NCBI GenBank assembly: GCA_900542245.1
Contig: UQMQ01000001.1
Span: forward strand, 1-48,820
Length of the DNA stretch: 48,820 bases
Origin: an uncultured Eubacteriales bacterium
GTDB lineage: Bacteria > Bacillota > Clostridia > Peptostreptococcales > Anaerovoracaceae
Direction: 5' to 3'
Shown here: positions 39,101 to 48,789 of the stretch, in pieces
Numbering within the stretch: position 1 is the first letter of the stretch
How the letters are laid out: each line of letters opens with the position of its first letter
The notes under the pieces: model-generated
The model's database searches: none
What the model was told of the DNA's origin: nothing
What the model saw: the letters and a program-made list of their open reading frames with translations, nothing else
Made by a program: the position numbers and the translations under genes

Positions 39101-40339
39101 ATGAAAAAAAAACCAGAACTATTAGCCCCGGCAGGGGATCTCGAAAAATTGAAAATCGCGGCGCTTTACGGAGCGGATGCCGTTTACTTCGGCGGTGAGC
39201 TGTTTTCCCTGCGCGCGGGAGCCGGCAATATGAGCCTCGCAGAAATGACTGAGGGCATCGCCTTCTGCCACGCGCATGGCGTCAAATGCTATCTGGCTAT
39301 GAATATCTACGCGCACAACGAGGATATCGAGCCGCTGCGCGATTATTTGAACAAAATCAAGGATTTGGATTTGGACGCGTTCATTGTCAGCGATCCCGGC
39401 GTGATCACCATGATACAGGAGATCATACCGCAGGCAGAGATTCATCTCAGCACGCAGGCGAATATGACGAATTATGAGACGGCGAAATTCTGGCATCGCA
39501 TGGGCGTGAAGCGCATCGTGCTTGCCAGAGAGCTGACCTTTGAAGAGATCCGGGAGATCCGCAGGCAGACACCGGAAACCTTGGAGTTTGAGGCGTTTGT
39601 GCATGGGGCCATGTGCATTTCCTACTCCGGCAGGTGCCTTTTGAGCAATTTTATGATCGAAAGAGACGCCAACCGCGGGCAGTGCGCGCATCCTTGCAGA
39701 TGGAAATATGCGCTCGTCGAGGAACAAAGACCCGGACAGTATTATCCGATCGAAGAGGACGAAAGAGGAACCTATATCTTGAATTCCCGCGATCTGTGCA
39801 TGATCGAATCGATCCCGCAGCTCGTCGAGGCAGGCATTTCCTCTTTGAAGATCGAGGGTCGTATGAAGAGCGTATTCTATGTGGCAACAGTCGTCGCGGC
39901 ATACCGCAGGGCGATCGATGCGTATTTTGCAGATCCGGACGGCTACGCTTTTCGCGAGGAATGGATGACGGAGCTCAAAAAAGTCAGTCACCGGGAATTT
40001 ACAACAGGCTTTTATTATCATAAGCCGACCAACCATGACCAGAACTATCAGACGAGCGCTTACACGCGGGACTATACTTTCACCGGTATGGTCAGATCCT
40101 ACGACCCGAAAACCGGATATGCCATTGTCGAGCAGCGCAACAAGATGGTCATCGGCGATGAAATTGAAGTGTTCGGTCCGCATACGGACTTCTTTACACA
40201 GGTATTGGAAGAGATGTATAATGAGGAGGGCGAGTCGATTACGGCTGCGCCGCATCCGCAGCAAATCTTGAAGATAAAGATGGCAAAGCCGGTTGACGCG
40301 CATTTCATGCTGCGTAAAAAGAAAGAAAACGGGAACTGA
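39101..40339 (+). CDS. Peptidase U32 family protein (TrhP/YrrO-like tRNA hydroxylation)
   Basis: KPELLAPAG, HLSTQ, HGAMCISYSGRC, NRGQCAHPCR and KIEGR motifs. Confidence 0.93.
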   Translation: MKKKPELLAPAGDLEKLKIAALYGADAVYFGGELFSLRAGAGNMSLAEMTEGIAFCHAHGVKCYLAMNIYAHNEDIEPLRDYLNKIKDLDLDAFIVSDPGVITMIQEIIPQAEIHLSTQANMTNYETAKFWHRMGVKRIVLARELTFEEIREIRRQTPETLEFEAFVHGAMCISYSGRCLLSNFMIERDANRGQCAHPCRWKYALVEEQRPGQYYPIEEDERGTYILNSRDLCMIESIPQLVEAGISSLKIEGRMKSVFYVATVVAAYRRAIDAYFADPDGYAFREEWMTELKKVSHREFTTGFYYHKPTNHDQNYQTSAYTRDYTFTGMVRSYDPKTGYAIVEQRNKMVIGDEIEVFGPHTDFFTQVLEEMYNEEGESITAAPHPQQILKIKMAKPVDAHFMLRKKKENGN

Positions 40340-40425
40340 CGCCGCAAAACAGGCGGGAAGTAAAGCCATTTTGCGCATGGTTTACCGTATAAAATTTTAA
40401 GTAAATCAGATAAGGAGAAATACAA

Positions 40426-41361
40426 ATGTCAAGCGACAGTAGCGGTGCCCCCAGTCCGAAAGAATCGAGGGAGCATAAAGACAAGGGAATCAAAAAATTT
40501 TGGAAGAAACTGACCAACCAAGCCAAGGGTTCGCAGATGGAGGAAGAGGTCATGTCCATTCTGGAGGCCGGGCAGGAGTCCGGCGTACTCAAGGAAGAGG
40601 GCAAAAAGATGATCAATTCCATCTTTGCCCTGGACGATAAACTCGCCTATGAGATCATGACGCCGCGTACGGATGTGTTCGTGATCGACATCGAGGATCC
40701 GCCGGAGGAATATGTGGATGATCTGATGAAACTGCGATATTCACGCATTCCGGTCTGTCAGGGCGAAACCGATAATATCATCGGCATTCTCAACATCAAG
40801 GATTATCTGATCCAAGCCTGGGAAAAAGGCTTCGAGGCAGTGGACATCGCTTCGATTCTGCGTACACCGTATTTTGTGCCGGAGACCAAGAATATCGACG
40901 CGCTGCTGTTTGAGCTGCAAAAGATGAAGCAGCAGATCGCGATTCTGATCGACGAGTACGGCGGCTTCAGCGGCATTGTCACCATGGAGGATATCATCGA
41001 GCAGGTTGTCGGCGACATTGATGACGAATATGACGAAGAAGAAGAGATTATCGATAAGGTTGACGATCATATCTACTTGGTTGACGGTGATGTCAGCCTG
41101 GAGGATCTGGACGAGGAGCTGGGGATTGACCTGACCTCGGAGACCAGCGAGACCATCGGCGGTTTTCTTATCGATATGCTGGGTGAAATCCCGGACGCGA
41201 ACGATGTCGGCAGGATTATTACGTTTGAAAACTATCAGTTCAAGATCATGGCGATTCAGGATCGGCGCATTGAGCGTGTCAAAATCTATATTCTCGATCC
41301 TGCGGAGCAGGAGGCGGAGGACAGCAAAGACAGCACCCCTGCCGAAGACGCAAAAGCATAA
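40426..41361 (+). CDS. CBS-pair plus CorC_HlyC domain protein (soluble, CorC-like)
   Basis: IMTPRTD, YSRIPV, DEYGGFSGIVTMEDIIEQVVGDIDDEYD and TIGGF motifs; no TM region. Confidence 0.9.
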   Translation: MSSDSSGAPSPKESREHKDKGIKKFWKKLTNQAKGSQMEEEVMSILEAGQESGVLKEEGKKMINSIFALDDKLAYEIMTPRTDVFVIDIEDPPEEYVDDLMKLRYSRIPVCQGETDNIIGILNIKDYLIQAWEKGFEAVDIASILRTPYFVPETKNIDALLFELQKMKQQIAILIDEYGGFSGIVTMEDIIEQVVGDIDDEYDEEEEIIDKVDDHIYLVDGDVSLEDLDEELGIDLTSETSETIGGFLIDMLGEIPDANDVGRIITFENYQFKIMAIQDRRIERVKIYILDPAEQEAEDSKDSTPAEDAKA

Positions 41362-41456
41362 GCGTGCATGCGCAGGATCAGACACGACCTGTGATAAGAT
41401 CAATATTGTTTTAAATTGTCCAATTTGGATGTAATTTATAATTAAGAGGTGCAAAA

Positions 41457-41975
41457 ATGAGTGAAAAAACATGTAACTGCAATTGTGCCGAAAACAGGAG
41501 AGAACAGTTCAAGGAACTGCAGCCTGTTTTAGACCAATATGCAAAGGTGCCGGGTAGTCTCATCACTATTCTGCAGAAAGCTCAGGAAATCTACGGTTAT
41601 CTGTCCATCGACACGATCAACTACATTTCTGATGCGACAGGAATCAAACCTGCAAAAATTTACGGCGTAGCGACTTTCTATGCACAGTTCAGACTGCAGC
41701 CGATCGGCAAGTATCTGATCATGCTCTGCCAGGGTACGGCTTGTCATGTTAACGGGTCTGAAATGATCGAAGAAGCGGTCTGCGAATATCTGAACATCAA
41801 AGACGGAGAAACGACGGAAGACGGCATTTTCACCCTGAATAACGTTGCCTGTCTTGGCTGCTGTTCCTTAGCGCCTGTTATGATGGTCAAGAGCGCCGAG
41901 GGCGATGAAACCTACGGCAATCTGACCAAGGATAAGGTAAAACAGATTCTGGCCGAAATCAAAGAAAGAGCATAG
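41457..41975 (+). CDS. NuoE/HydC-like [2Fe-2S] subunit (StnA-like)
   Basis: YGVATFY, CQGTAC and CLGCC motifs. Confidence 0.93.
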   Translation: MSEKTCNCNCAENRREQFKELQPVLDQYAKVPGSLITILQKAQEIYGYLSIDTINYISDATGIKPAKIYGVATFYAQFRLQPIGKYLIMLCQGTACHVNGSEMIEEAVCEYLNIKDGETTEDGIFTLNNVACLGCCSLAPVMMVKSAEGDETYGNLTKDKVKQILAEIKERA

Positions 41976-41986
41976 GAGGTGCCCGC

Positions 41987-43735
41987 ATGAAAGTAGTAGT
42001 TGGACAAGGCAGCTGCGGTATCGCAACCGGTGCCAAGAAAACTGCCGCAGAATTGGAAAAGCAGATCGCAGAGAGAGGCCTTGATGTAAAAGTTGACATT
42101 ACAGGCTGTGTCGGTACCTGCTATCTGGAACCAATTGTGGATGTATATGACGATAACGGCGAAATGACCAGATACGTCAAAGTGCAGCCGGACAAGGTGG
42201 CTGAGATCGTCGAAAGTCATTTAGTGAACCATAAAGTCTGTCAGGCGTACGCGATCACACCGGAAGACGAGCAGTTCCTCGACAAACAGCAGAGAGTTGT
42301 ATTGAGAAACTGCGGTAAGATCAACCCGGAGAACATCGATGAATACCTTGCAGTAGATGGATACAAAGCCATCGAAAAGGTACTTAAGACCATGAAGCCG
42401 GAGGAAGTTATCGAAGAAATCAAGATCTCCGGTCTGAGAGGCAGAGGCGGCGCGGGCTTCCCGACCTGGTTCAAGTGGAATGCTGCCAAAGCAAGTCCGG
42501 GAAAGGAAAAATATTTAGTCTGTAACGCGGACGAAGGAGATCCGGGTGCATTCATGGACCGTTCCGTTCTGGAAGGCGACCCGCATTCTCTGCTGGAAGG
42601 CATGATCATCGGCGGTTACGCAATGGGCGCATCTCAGGGCGTGATCTACTGCCGTGCGGAATATCCGCTCGCGATCAAGAGACTGGAAATCGCAATGGCA
42701 CAGGCAAGAGAAAGAGGCTATCTGGGCAAGAACATCTTTGGCAGCGGCTTTGACTTTGACATTTACATCAAGGCCGGCGCAGGCGCATTCGTATGCGGAG
42801 AAGAAACTGCACTGATCGCATCTCTGGAGGGCGAAAGAGGTATGCCGCGTCTGAAACCGCCATTCCCTGCAGCGAAGGGCTTCTGGCAGAAACCGACCGA
42901 CATCAATAACGTAGAAACACTCGCAAACGTGCCTTGGATCATTTTCAACGGCGGCGCTGCGTTCGGCAAGTTCGGTACCGAAGCTTCCAAGGGTACCAAG
43001 GTATTCGCGCTGGCAGGCAAGATCAAGAAGGGCGGTCTGGTAGAGGTTCCGATGGGCATGACCTTAAAAGAGGTACTGTTCGGCATCGGCGGCGGCATCA
43101 AGAACGACAGACAGTTCAAGGCGGTGCAGATGGGCGGACCATCCGGCGGCTGTATTCCGGCAAGCCTGATCGACACGCCGGTTACATACGAAGATATCAA
43201 CAAGACCGGCGCGATTGTAGGCTCCGGCGGTATGATCGTTATGGACGAAGATACCTGTATGGTTGACATGGCGAGATACTTCCTGAACTTCACCCGCGAC
43301 GAATCCTGCGGTAAGTGTAACTACTGCCGGATCGGCACCAAGAGAATGCTGGAAATCCTCGAAAGGATCACCAGAGGCGAAGGCAGAGACGGCGATATCG
43401 AACTGCTGGAAGAACTGGCAGGCAAGATCAAGGACGGCTCGCTCTGCGGTCTCGGACAGACAGCTCCAAACCCTGTTCTTACGACGATCAAATACTTCCG
43501 GAACGAATACGAAGACCATATTTACAACCACAAGTGTACAGCAGCCTCCTGTAAGGCGCTCGTAACTTATACGATCACTGACGCATGTAAGGGTTGTACC
43601 GCTTGCGCACGCAAGTGTCCGGTCGGCGCGATTTCCGGCGAAGTCAAACAGAAGCATGTTATCGATAAAGAAAAGTGCATCAAGTGCGGCAAGTGCTTAG
43701 AAACCTGCAAGTTTGGTGCGATCGAAAAGAAATAG
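41987..43735 (+). CDS. NuoF/HydB-like FMN/NADH-binding subunit (StnB-like)
   Basis: GLRGRGGAGFP, CNADEGDPGAFMDR, FVCGEETAL, ESCGKC..CR.G; C-terminal 2x[4Fe-4S]. Confidence 0.95.
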   Translation: MKVVVGQGSCGIATGAKKTAAELEKQIAERGLDVKVDITGCVGTCYLEPIVDVYDDNGEMTRYVKVQPDKVAEIVESHLVNHKVCQAYAITPEDEQFLDKQQRVVLRNCGKINPENIDEYLAVDGYKAIEKVLKTMKPEEVIEEIKISGLRGRGGAGFPTWFKWNAAKASPGKEKYLVCNADEGDPGAFMDRSVLEGDPHSLLEGMIIGGYAMGASQGVIYCRAEYPLAIKRLEIAMAQARERGYLGKNIFGSGFDFDIYIKAGAGAFVCGEETALIASLEGERGMPRLKPPFPAAKGFWQKPTDINNVETLANVPWIIFNGGAAFGKFGTEASKGTKVFALAGKIKKGGLVEVPMGMTLKEVLFGIGGGIKNDRQFKAVQMGGPSGGCIPASLIDTPVTYEDINKTGAIVGSGGMIVMDEDTCMVDMARYFLNFTRDESCGKCNYCRIGTKRMLEILERITRGEGRDGDIELLEELAGKIKDGSLCGLGQTAPNPVLTTIKYFRNEYEDHIYNHKCTAASCKALVTYTITDACKGCTACARKCPVGAISGEVKQKHVIDKEKCIKCGKCLETCKFGAIEKK

Positions 43736-43752
43736 GGAGGAGGAAAAAGGTA

Positions 43753-46700
43753 ATGAATAAATATAGATTAAACATTAACGGCAAAGAAGTTACCGGATTT
43801 GCCGGACAGACTATTCTTGAAGTTGCCAGAGAAAATGATATTTTCATTCCGACTCTTTGCTACGATGAAAGAACAAAAATTTACGGTTCCTGCGGTTTAT
43901 GTATGTGTGAAGTGGACGGCAATCCGAAGCTCTGCAAAGCATGTGCAACAGAAATCGCACCGGGCATGATCGTAAACACCAATACCGATCGTGTCATCGA
44001 ATCCAGAAAGACAAACCTTGAGCTGCTGCTTTCCAACCATACGGGTGACTGCAGACCGCCTTGCGTACTGGCATGTCCGGCGCATACCGACTGTCAGGGC
44101 TATGTCGGTCTGATCGCGAACGGCGAATTTGAGGCTGCGCTCGAGCTTGTGAAGGATAAAATTCCGCTGCCTGCAGCGCTGGGCAGAGTATGTCCGCATC
44201 CATGCGAAGAAGCCTGCAGAAGAGGTCTTGTGGACGAACCGATCTCCATTCAGCAGTTAAAGAGATTCGCGGCGGATCAGGATCTTGACGGCGACAGATT
44301 CATTCCGGAATGTGACGAAGATACCGGTAAGAGTGTTGCCATCATCGGCGGCGGCCCGATGGGCTTATCCGCGGCATACTTCTTAAGACAGATGGGACAC
44401 AGAGTCACCGTATTCGAATCCATGCCGAAGGCAGGCGGTATGCTCCGCTACGGTATTCCGGAATACAGACTTCCAAAGGCTGTCTTAGATGAAGAAATCG
44501 CAACCATCGAAATGATGGGCGTGGAAATCATCACCAATACCAAGATCGGCGTGGATATTCCGTTTGAAACCGTTCGCGCAGACTTCGACGCGGTACTCCT
44601 TGGCATCGGCGCGTGGGTATCTACCGGCGTAGGCTGCAAGGGCGAGGACGCGGAAGGCGTGATCGGCGGTATTGATTTCCTGCGTAAGGTTGTCAGAAAC
44701 GAAGAAATCGGCATGGGCGAAAAGGTCGCGATCGTCGGCGGCGGCAACACCGCGATGGACGCATGCAGAACTGCGGTCAGACTCGGCGCGAAGGAAGTCT
44801 ATAATATCTACAGAAGAACCAAGGACGAAATGCCTGCGGATATGGTAGAAATCGAAGAAGCTGAAGAAGAAGGCGTTATCTTTAAGAATCTGACCAACCC
44901 GATCGAAGTCGTCAAGGACGAAAACGGTCATGTCAAAGAAGTCATCTTACAGGTGATGGAACTCGGCGAACCGGATGCCTCCGGCAGAAGAAAACCGATT
45001 CCGGTAGAGGGCAAGACCGAAACACTGGCGATCGACACCATGATCCTTGCCATCGGACAGGCCGTTGACGCTTCCATCTTTGACTGCGACAAGACCAGAA
45101 AGAACGCGATCGCTTACGATCCGGAAACCTTCATGACCAGCATGCCGGGCGTATTCGCGGGCGGCGACTGCGGTAACGATAAGATTTCCATCGCGGTCGA
45201 AGCCATCGCTGACGCGCGCAAGGCATCCGACGTGATCGACGCTTATCTTGCGGGCGAAGAAGTGAAATATGAAAAGCCTTATGTCGTTGAAAGAGACGAT
45301 ATTACCGAAAAGACCTTCGAAGACAGAGAAAGACTCTGCAGACAGACTCTGCCGCAGCTTAGTCCGGAAGAAAGAAAGGATAACTTCAGCGAAGTCATTC
45401 CTTGCGCGTTCACCGAAGAACAGGCGATGGCGGAGGCTTCCAGATGTCTGGAATGCGGCTGTCACGACTATTTCGAATGTAAGCTGATCGACTTTGCGAA
45501 CCAGTACGATGTCAAACCGGAAAGATTCGCGGGCGACAAGAACACCATCGAATTTGAGGATGAGCATCCGTTCATCGTCAGAGACCCGAACAAGTGTATC
45601 CTTTGCGGCCTTTGCGTCAGAGTCTGCGACGAAGTTGTCGGCGTCGGCGCGCTGGGTCTGGTACACAGAGGTTTCGATACGGTTGTCAAACCGAACATGG
45701 AAAAACCGCTGGCTGAGTCCGGCTGTATCTCCTGCGGTCAGTGCGTCAGCGTTTGTCCGACCGGCGCGCTGCAGGAAAGAACGACCATGATCAAGGAAAC
45801 ACCGCTTCCGACAGAAGAAACCGAAACAACCTGTTCCTACTGCTCCGTTGGCTGCTCCTTGAAGCTGGAGTCCTACGGCGATATGCTGATCAAGGCAAAC
45901 CCGGACAAGGAAGGCGTTGTGAACAAAGGCCTGATCTGCGGCAAGGGCAAATGGGGCTTCGACTGTTCCGTACTGGAGGACAAGTTAGAAGATCCGTATG
46001 TTAAAGAGGACGGAGAATTCAGAGAAGCAGACTACCACGAAGCGCTGGTTCTCATCGCTAAGAGAATGCAGTCTATCGGCGCGAAATACGGCAAGGACGC
46101 GATCGCGGTTTCGATTTCCGACAGATATACCAATGAAGAAGCTTACGCGATCAAGAAGATGGCAAACGTCATCGGCGCGAAGGTTCTCTGCATGAACGCG
46201 AGAGAAAACGGTCTGGCAGAAGTTTTAGGCTTCGATGCGTCCCCGAACACCATCGACGAGCTGCTTTCCACCAATGTCATCCTCAAAGTCGGCTTTAACG
46301 ACGAAGACTCCAGAGTCATTTCGCTGAAGCTGAAACAGGCGGCAGAGGCAGGCGCGCGCATCATCGATGTCTGCAACGGCGAAAACAGCCTTGGTTTCCT
46401 CAAGGAAATCGCGAAAGCCATCGTGGACAGCGGTAAGGCAAAACAGGCAGAAGGTTACGACGCGTTTGCGGCATCTTTGGCGAATGTCAAGGTTTCCGAC
46501 GCAGCGAAGGAAATCGCTGACGCGTACCTTGGCGCGAAGAAAGCCATGATCGTTTACCAGCAGAACAATCTGACGGTTGACGCTGCGAAGCTGATCGGCG
46601 ATATCGCCCTGCTCTCCGGACACATCGGCGGACCGAGAAACGGTATCCTGATGATTAAACCGAAGAACAATTCCCAGGGTCTTGTGGATCTGGGCATCCA

Positions 46701-47214
46701 CGCGGGTAAGGAAGCGCTGGCAGGCGTGAAAGCCTTATTCGTATTCGGCGAAAACGCGGACATCGATACCGATGCGCTGGAATTCCTGGCGGTATGTGAT
46801 ACACACATGACAGAGCTGGCAGCAAAAGCAAACGTTGTGCTTCCGGGAACCGGATTCGCGAGCACAGACGGTACCTATACCAATACCGAAAGAAGACTGC
46901 AGCCTGTTACCGCAGCCATCGACGAGGATATTTTCCTGTCCAACTGGGAGATCGCCGCGGAGATCGCAGAAATCTTCGAAGAAGTATTCGGATGGGAAAC
47001 TGAACAGGATATCTCCGACGAGATGTGCGACACCGTACCGGCGTATAAATATGCTGAGATCGGTGAGGTGCTCGACGGCGTACTGGTTCCGACGGATGAA
47101 GCAAAGCTTGTCGTTGTCGGTGACGGCGCGGCCTTTGACGCGCTCCCTTGCACAGACAGCCTGATGCAGTGCATCACAGATAGACTGCCAAAGCCTGCAA
47201 ATCCGACAGCATAA
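43753..47214 (+). CDS. Large Fe-S/FAD subunit: [2Fe-2S] + GltD/NfnL-like + 2x[4Fe-4S] + degenerate molybdopterin-oxidoreductase-like domain (StnC-like)
   Basis: IPTLC..CGLC, GRVCPHPCE, IIGGGP, YGIPEYRLP, GGGNTAMD, CILCGLC, CISCGQC, CSYCSVGC and GTYTNTERRLQ motifs; ATG 43753. Confidence 0.88.
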   Translation: MNKYRLNINGKEVTGFAGQTILEVARENDIFIPTLCYDERTKIYGSCGLCMCEVDGNPKLCKACATEIAPGMIVNTNTDRVIESRKTNLELLLSNHTGDCRPPCVLACPAHTDCQGYVGLIANGEFEAALELVKDKIPLPAALGRVCPHPCEEACRRGLVDEPISIQQLKRFAADQDLDGDRFIPECDEDTGKSVAIIGGGPMGLSAAYFLRQMGHRVTVFESMPKAGGMLRYGIPEYRLPKAVLDEEIATIEMMGVEIITNTKIGVDIPFETVRADFDAVLLGIGAWVSTGVGCKGEDAEGVIGGIDFLRKVVRNEEIGMGEKVAIVGGGNTAMDACRTAVRLGAKEVYNIYRRTKDEMPADMVEIEEAEEEGVIFKNLTNPIEVVKDENGHVKEVILQVMELGEPDASGRRKPIPVEGKTETLAIDTMILAIGQAVDASIFDCDKTRKNAIAYDPETFMTSMPGVFAGGDCGNDKISIAVEAIADARKASDVIDAYLAGEEVKYEKPYVVERDDITEKTFEDRERLCRQTLPQLSPEERKDNFSEVIPCAFTEEQAMAEASRCLECGCHDYFECKLIDFANQYDVKPERFAGDKNTIEFEDEHPFIVRDPNKCILCGLCVRVCDEVVGVGALGLVHRGFDTVVKPNMEKPLAESGCISCGQCVSVCPTGALQERTTMIKETPLPTEETETTCSYCSVGCSLKLESYGDMLIKANPDKEGVVNKGLICGKGKWGFDCSVLEDKLEDPYVKEDGEFREADYHEALVLIAKRMQSIGAKYGKDAIAVSISDRYTNEEAYAIKKMANVIGAKVLCMNARENGLAEVLGFDASPNTIDELLSTNVILKVGFNDEDSRVISLKLKQAAEAGARIIDVCNGENSLGFLKEIAKAIVDSGKAKQAEGYDAFAASLANVKVSDAAKEIADAYLGAKKAMIVYQQNNLTVDAAKLIGDIALLSGHIGGPRNGILMIKPKNNSQGLVDLGIHAGKEALAGVKALFVFGENADIDTDALEFLAVCDTHMTELAAKANVVLPGTGFASTDGTYTNTERRLQPVTAAIDEDIFLSNWEIAAEIAEIFEEVFGWETEQDISDEMCDTVPAYKYAEIGEVLDGVLVPTDEAKLVVVGDGAAFDALPCTDSLMQCITDRLPKPANPTA

Positions 47215-47261
47215 GAGATATAAACCAAAAATAGGAACGGTGAAATGCACCGATCGTCACG

Positions 47262-47296
47262 AAAAACCCCTTGCAAAATGAGGGGTTTTTCTTTTT
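47262..47296 (+). terminator. Intrinsic (possibly bidirectional) terminator
   Basis: AAAAACCCCTTG-CAAAA-TGAGGGGTTTTT-CTTTTT. Confidence 0.85.
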
Positions 47297-47449
47297 GCGC
47301 GGGTGATCCGCAGACCGATCGGAACCGGGAAATCGTGTTAAAATTTCGCAAGTTTACTGGACAGGTTCGGGCTTTTATGTTATGCTGATATCTGTATTTG
47401 TTGTTTGTACATACAAGAATTACGCAGAAAGATTAGAGGAAAGAACAAA

Positions 47450-48205
47450 ATGGAACAAGCGCAAACACAACAAAAAGAAGCGCAGAAACCAGCCGGAGGT
47501 TCAAAAAGGATTCGCAGGAAAGCATTTGTCAAAACTCTGCCTGTCATGTGCAGTTACCTCTTCATCGGGCTGGTCTACGGCATGCTGATGGAAAATGCGG
47601 GTTTCGCGTGGTATTATTCGCTGTTCACCAGCTTCACAGTCTATACCGGCGCGTTTCAGTTCGTCCTAGTGACCTTCCTGTCGAGCGGAGCGAGTCTGAT
47701 CACCGTAGCTCTGACCGCATTTTTAATGAACAGCAGACAGACCTTTTACAGCCTGTCCTTTATTGAAGACTTTAACCGGATGGGGAAACGCAAGAGCTAT
47801 ATGATCCGCACCATGACGGATGAAACCTACGCGCTGAACTGCTCGGTGGACAAAGAGGATCCGGATCGGCAGCCACTCATGTTCTGGATGGCGGTATACA
47901 GCCGTTTCTACTGGCTTGCAGCCTCCGCGCTCGGCGGCATCGCCGGACAACTGATCCCGTACGACCTGAGCGGCATTGATTTTTGCATGACAGCCTTGTT
48001 TGTGATCCTGTTTATCGACCAGTGGGAGAAGGCTGATGATCACAAGCCTGCGATCTTAGGTCTCAGCATCGCGATAGCCTGTCTGGTCCTTTTCGGCGCC
48101 AGATCCTTCATGCTGCCGGCACTGATCCTTGTTTCAGGCATTCTGTTGATCACGATTCGCTGTGAAGAAGGGAAAACGAAGGCGGAGGAGGCGAAAAAGT
48201 CATGA
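47450..48205 (+). CDS. azlC: AzlC-family branched-chain amino acid exporter permease
   Basis: TLPVMCSY, YTGAFQF, NSRQTFY, MTDETYA and GIDFCMTALF motifs; ATG 47450. Confidence 0.92.
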   Translation: MEQAQTQQKEAQKPAGGSKRIRRKAFVKTLPVMCSYLFIGLVYGMLMENAGFAWYYSLFTSFTVYTGAFQFVLVTFLSSGASLITVALTAFLMNSRQTFYSLSFIEDFNRMGKRKSYMIRTMTDETYALNCSVDKEDPDRQPLMFWMAVYSRFYWLAASALGGIAGQLIPYDLSGIDFCMTALFVILFIDQWEKADDHKPAILGLSIAIACLVLFGARSFMLPALILVSGILLITIRCEEGKTKAEEAKKS

Positions 48206-48519
48206 AAGCTATTTTGACCATTTTGGTTTCGGCAGTCATTACACTGGGACTGCGCGCTTTCCCGTTTCTGGTCTTTCACGGCGACCGGCAGATGCCGCAG
48301 ATGCTCAAGGATCTGGGTAATGTACTTCCTGCCGCGATCATGGCAGTTTTGGTGGTATACTGCCTGAAGGATGTCACGACCGCCTTTGCCGATACCGGTC
48401 TGTGGCAGGTGATCGCCGCATTGGCGACAGGCATCTGCTATAAGTGCAGCCATAACACCTTTGTCAGCATCGTGCTGGGAACTGCGTGCTATATGATCCT
48501 GCTTCGCCTGCAAATTTGA
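48202..48519 (+). CDS. azlD: AzlD-family small membrane subunit
   Basis: LRAFPFLVF and LG.VLPAAIMAVLVVYCLK motifs; ATGA overlap with azlC. Confidence 0.92.
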   Translation: MKAILTILVSAVITLGLRAFPFLVFHGDRQMPQMLKDLGNVLPAAIMAVLVVYCLKDVTTAFADTGLWQVIAALATGICYKCSHNTFVSIVLGTACYMILLRLQI

Positions 48520-48714
48520 ACACATGGACGAATTATGACGAACGTATGAAAAAAATGTGAAAAAACCGAAAAAAATTTTATTCCCCTTGTAACCTTTTGT
48601 GCTTCTGCGGTGAGTATATTATGAAAGCGTTAAGAAACCCGGTTTCACCGATCGTTTTTTAGCGGCAGACTTTCAAAAAACAGAAATAAATCAAAGTACA
48701 AGGAGGAATAAGAA

Positions 48715-48789
48715 ATGAAAAATTTATTGCCATTAGTTTTTATCACCGGTATTATGTTATTATTCTCCGCTTGTAGTACTTTAGTGTAA
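48715..48789 (+). CDS. 24-aa small ORF resembling a lipoprotein signal peptide (MKNLLPLVFITGIMLLFSACSTLV)
   Basis: AGGAGGA RBS 7 nt before ATG; basic N-terminus, hydrophobic core, FSA-C lipobox-like motif. Confidence 0.6.
   Translation: MKNLLPLVFITGIMLLFSACSTLV

Noticed and set aside
41390..41425. Possible Rex operator upstream of the stn genes
   Set aside because: Too many mismatches to the TTGTGAA-N4-TTCACAA consensus.
13465..46701. Long antisense ORFs (e.g. 14515-16290, 31418-32758, 39122-40378, 34808-35830)
   Set aside because: Shadows of GC-rich sense genes with strong codon bias; no motifs or RBS.
48588..48620. TGTAAC ECF-like -35 upstream of the micro-ORF
   Set aside because: The matching -10 element is not convincing.
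47313..48655. Imperfect CCGATCG/CCCGG inverted similarity flanking azlCD
   Set aside because: Short, gapped, no target-site duplication; could be chance.
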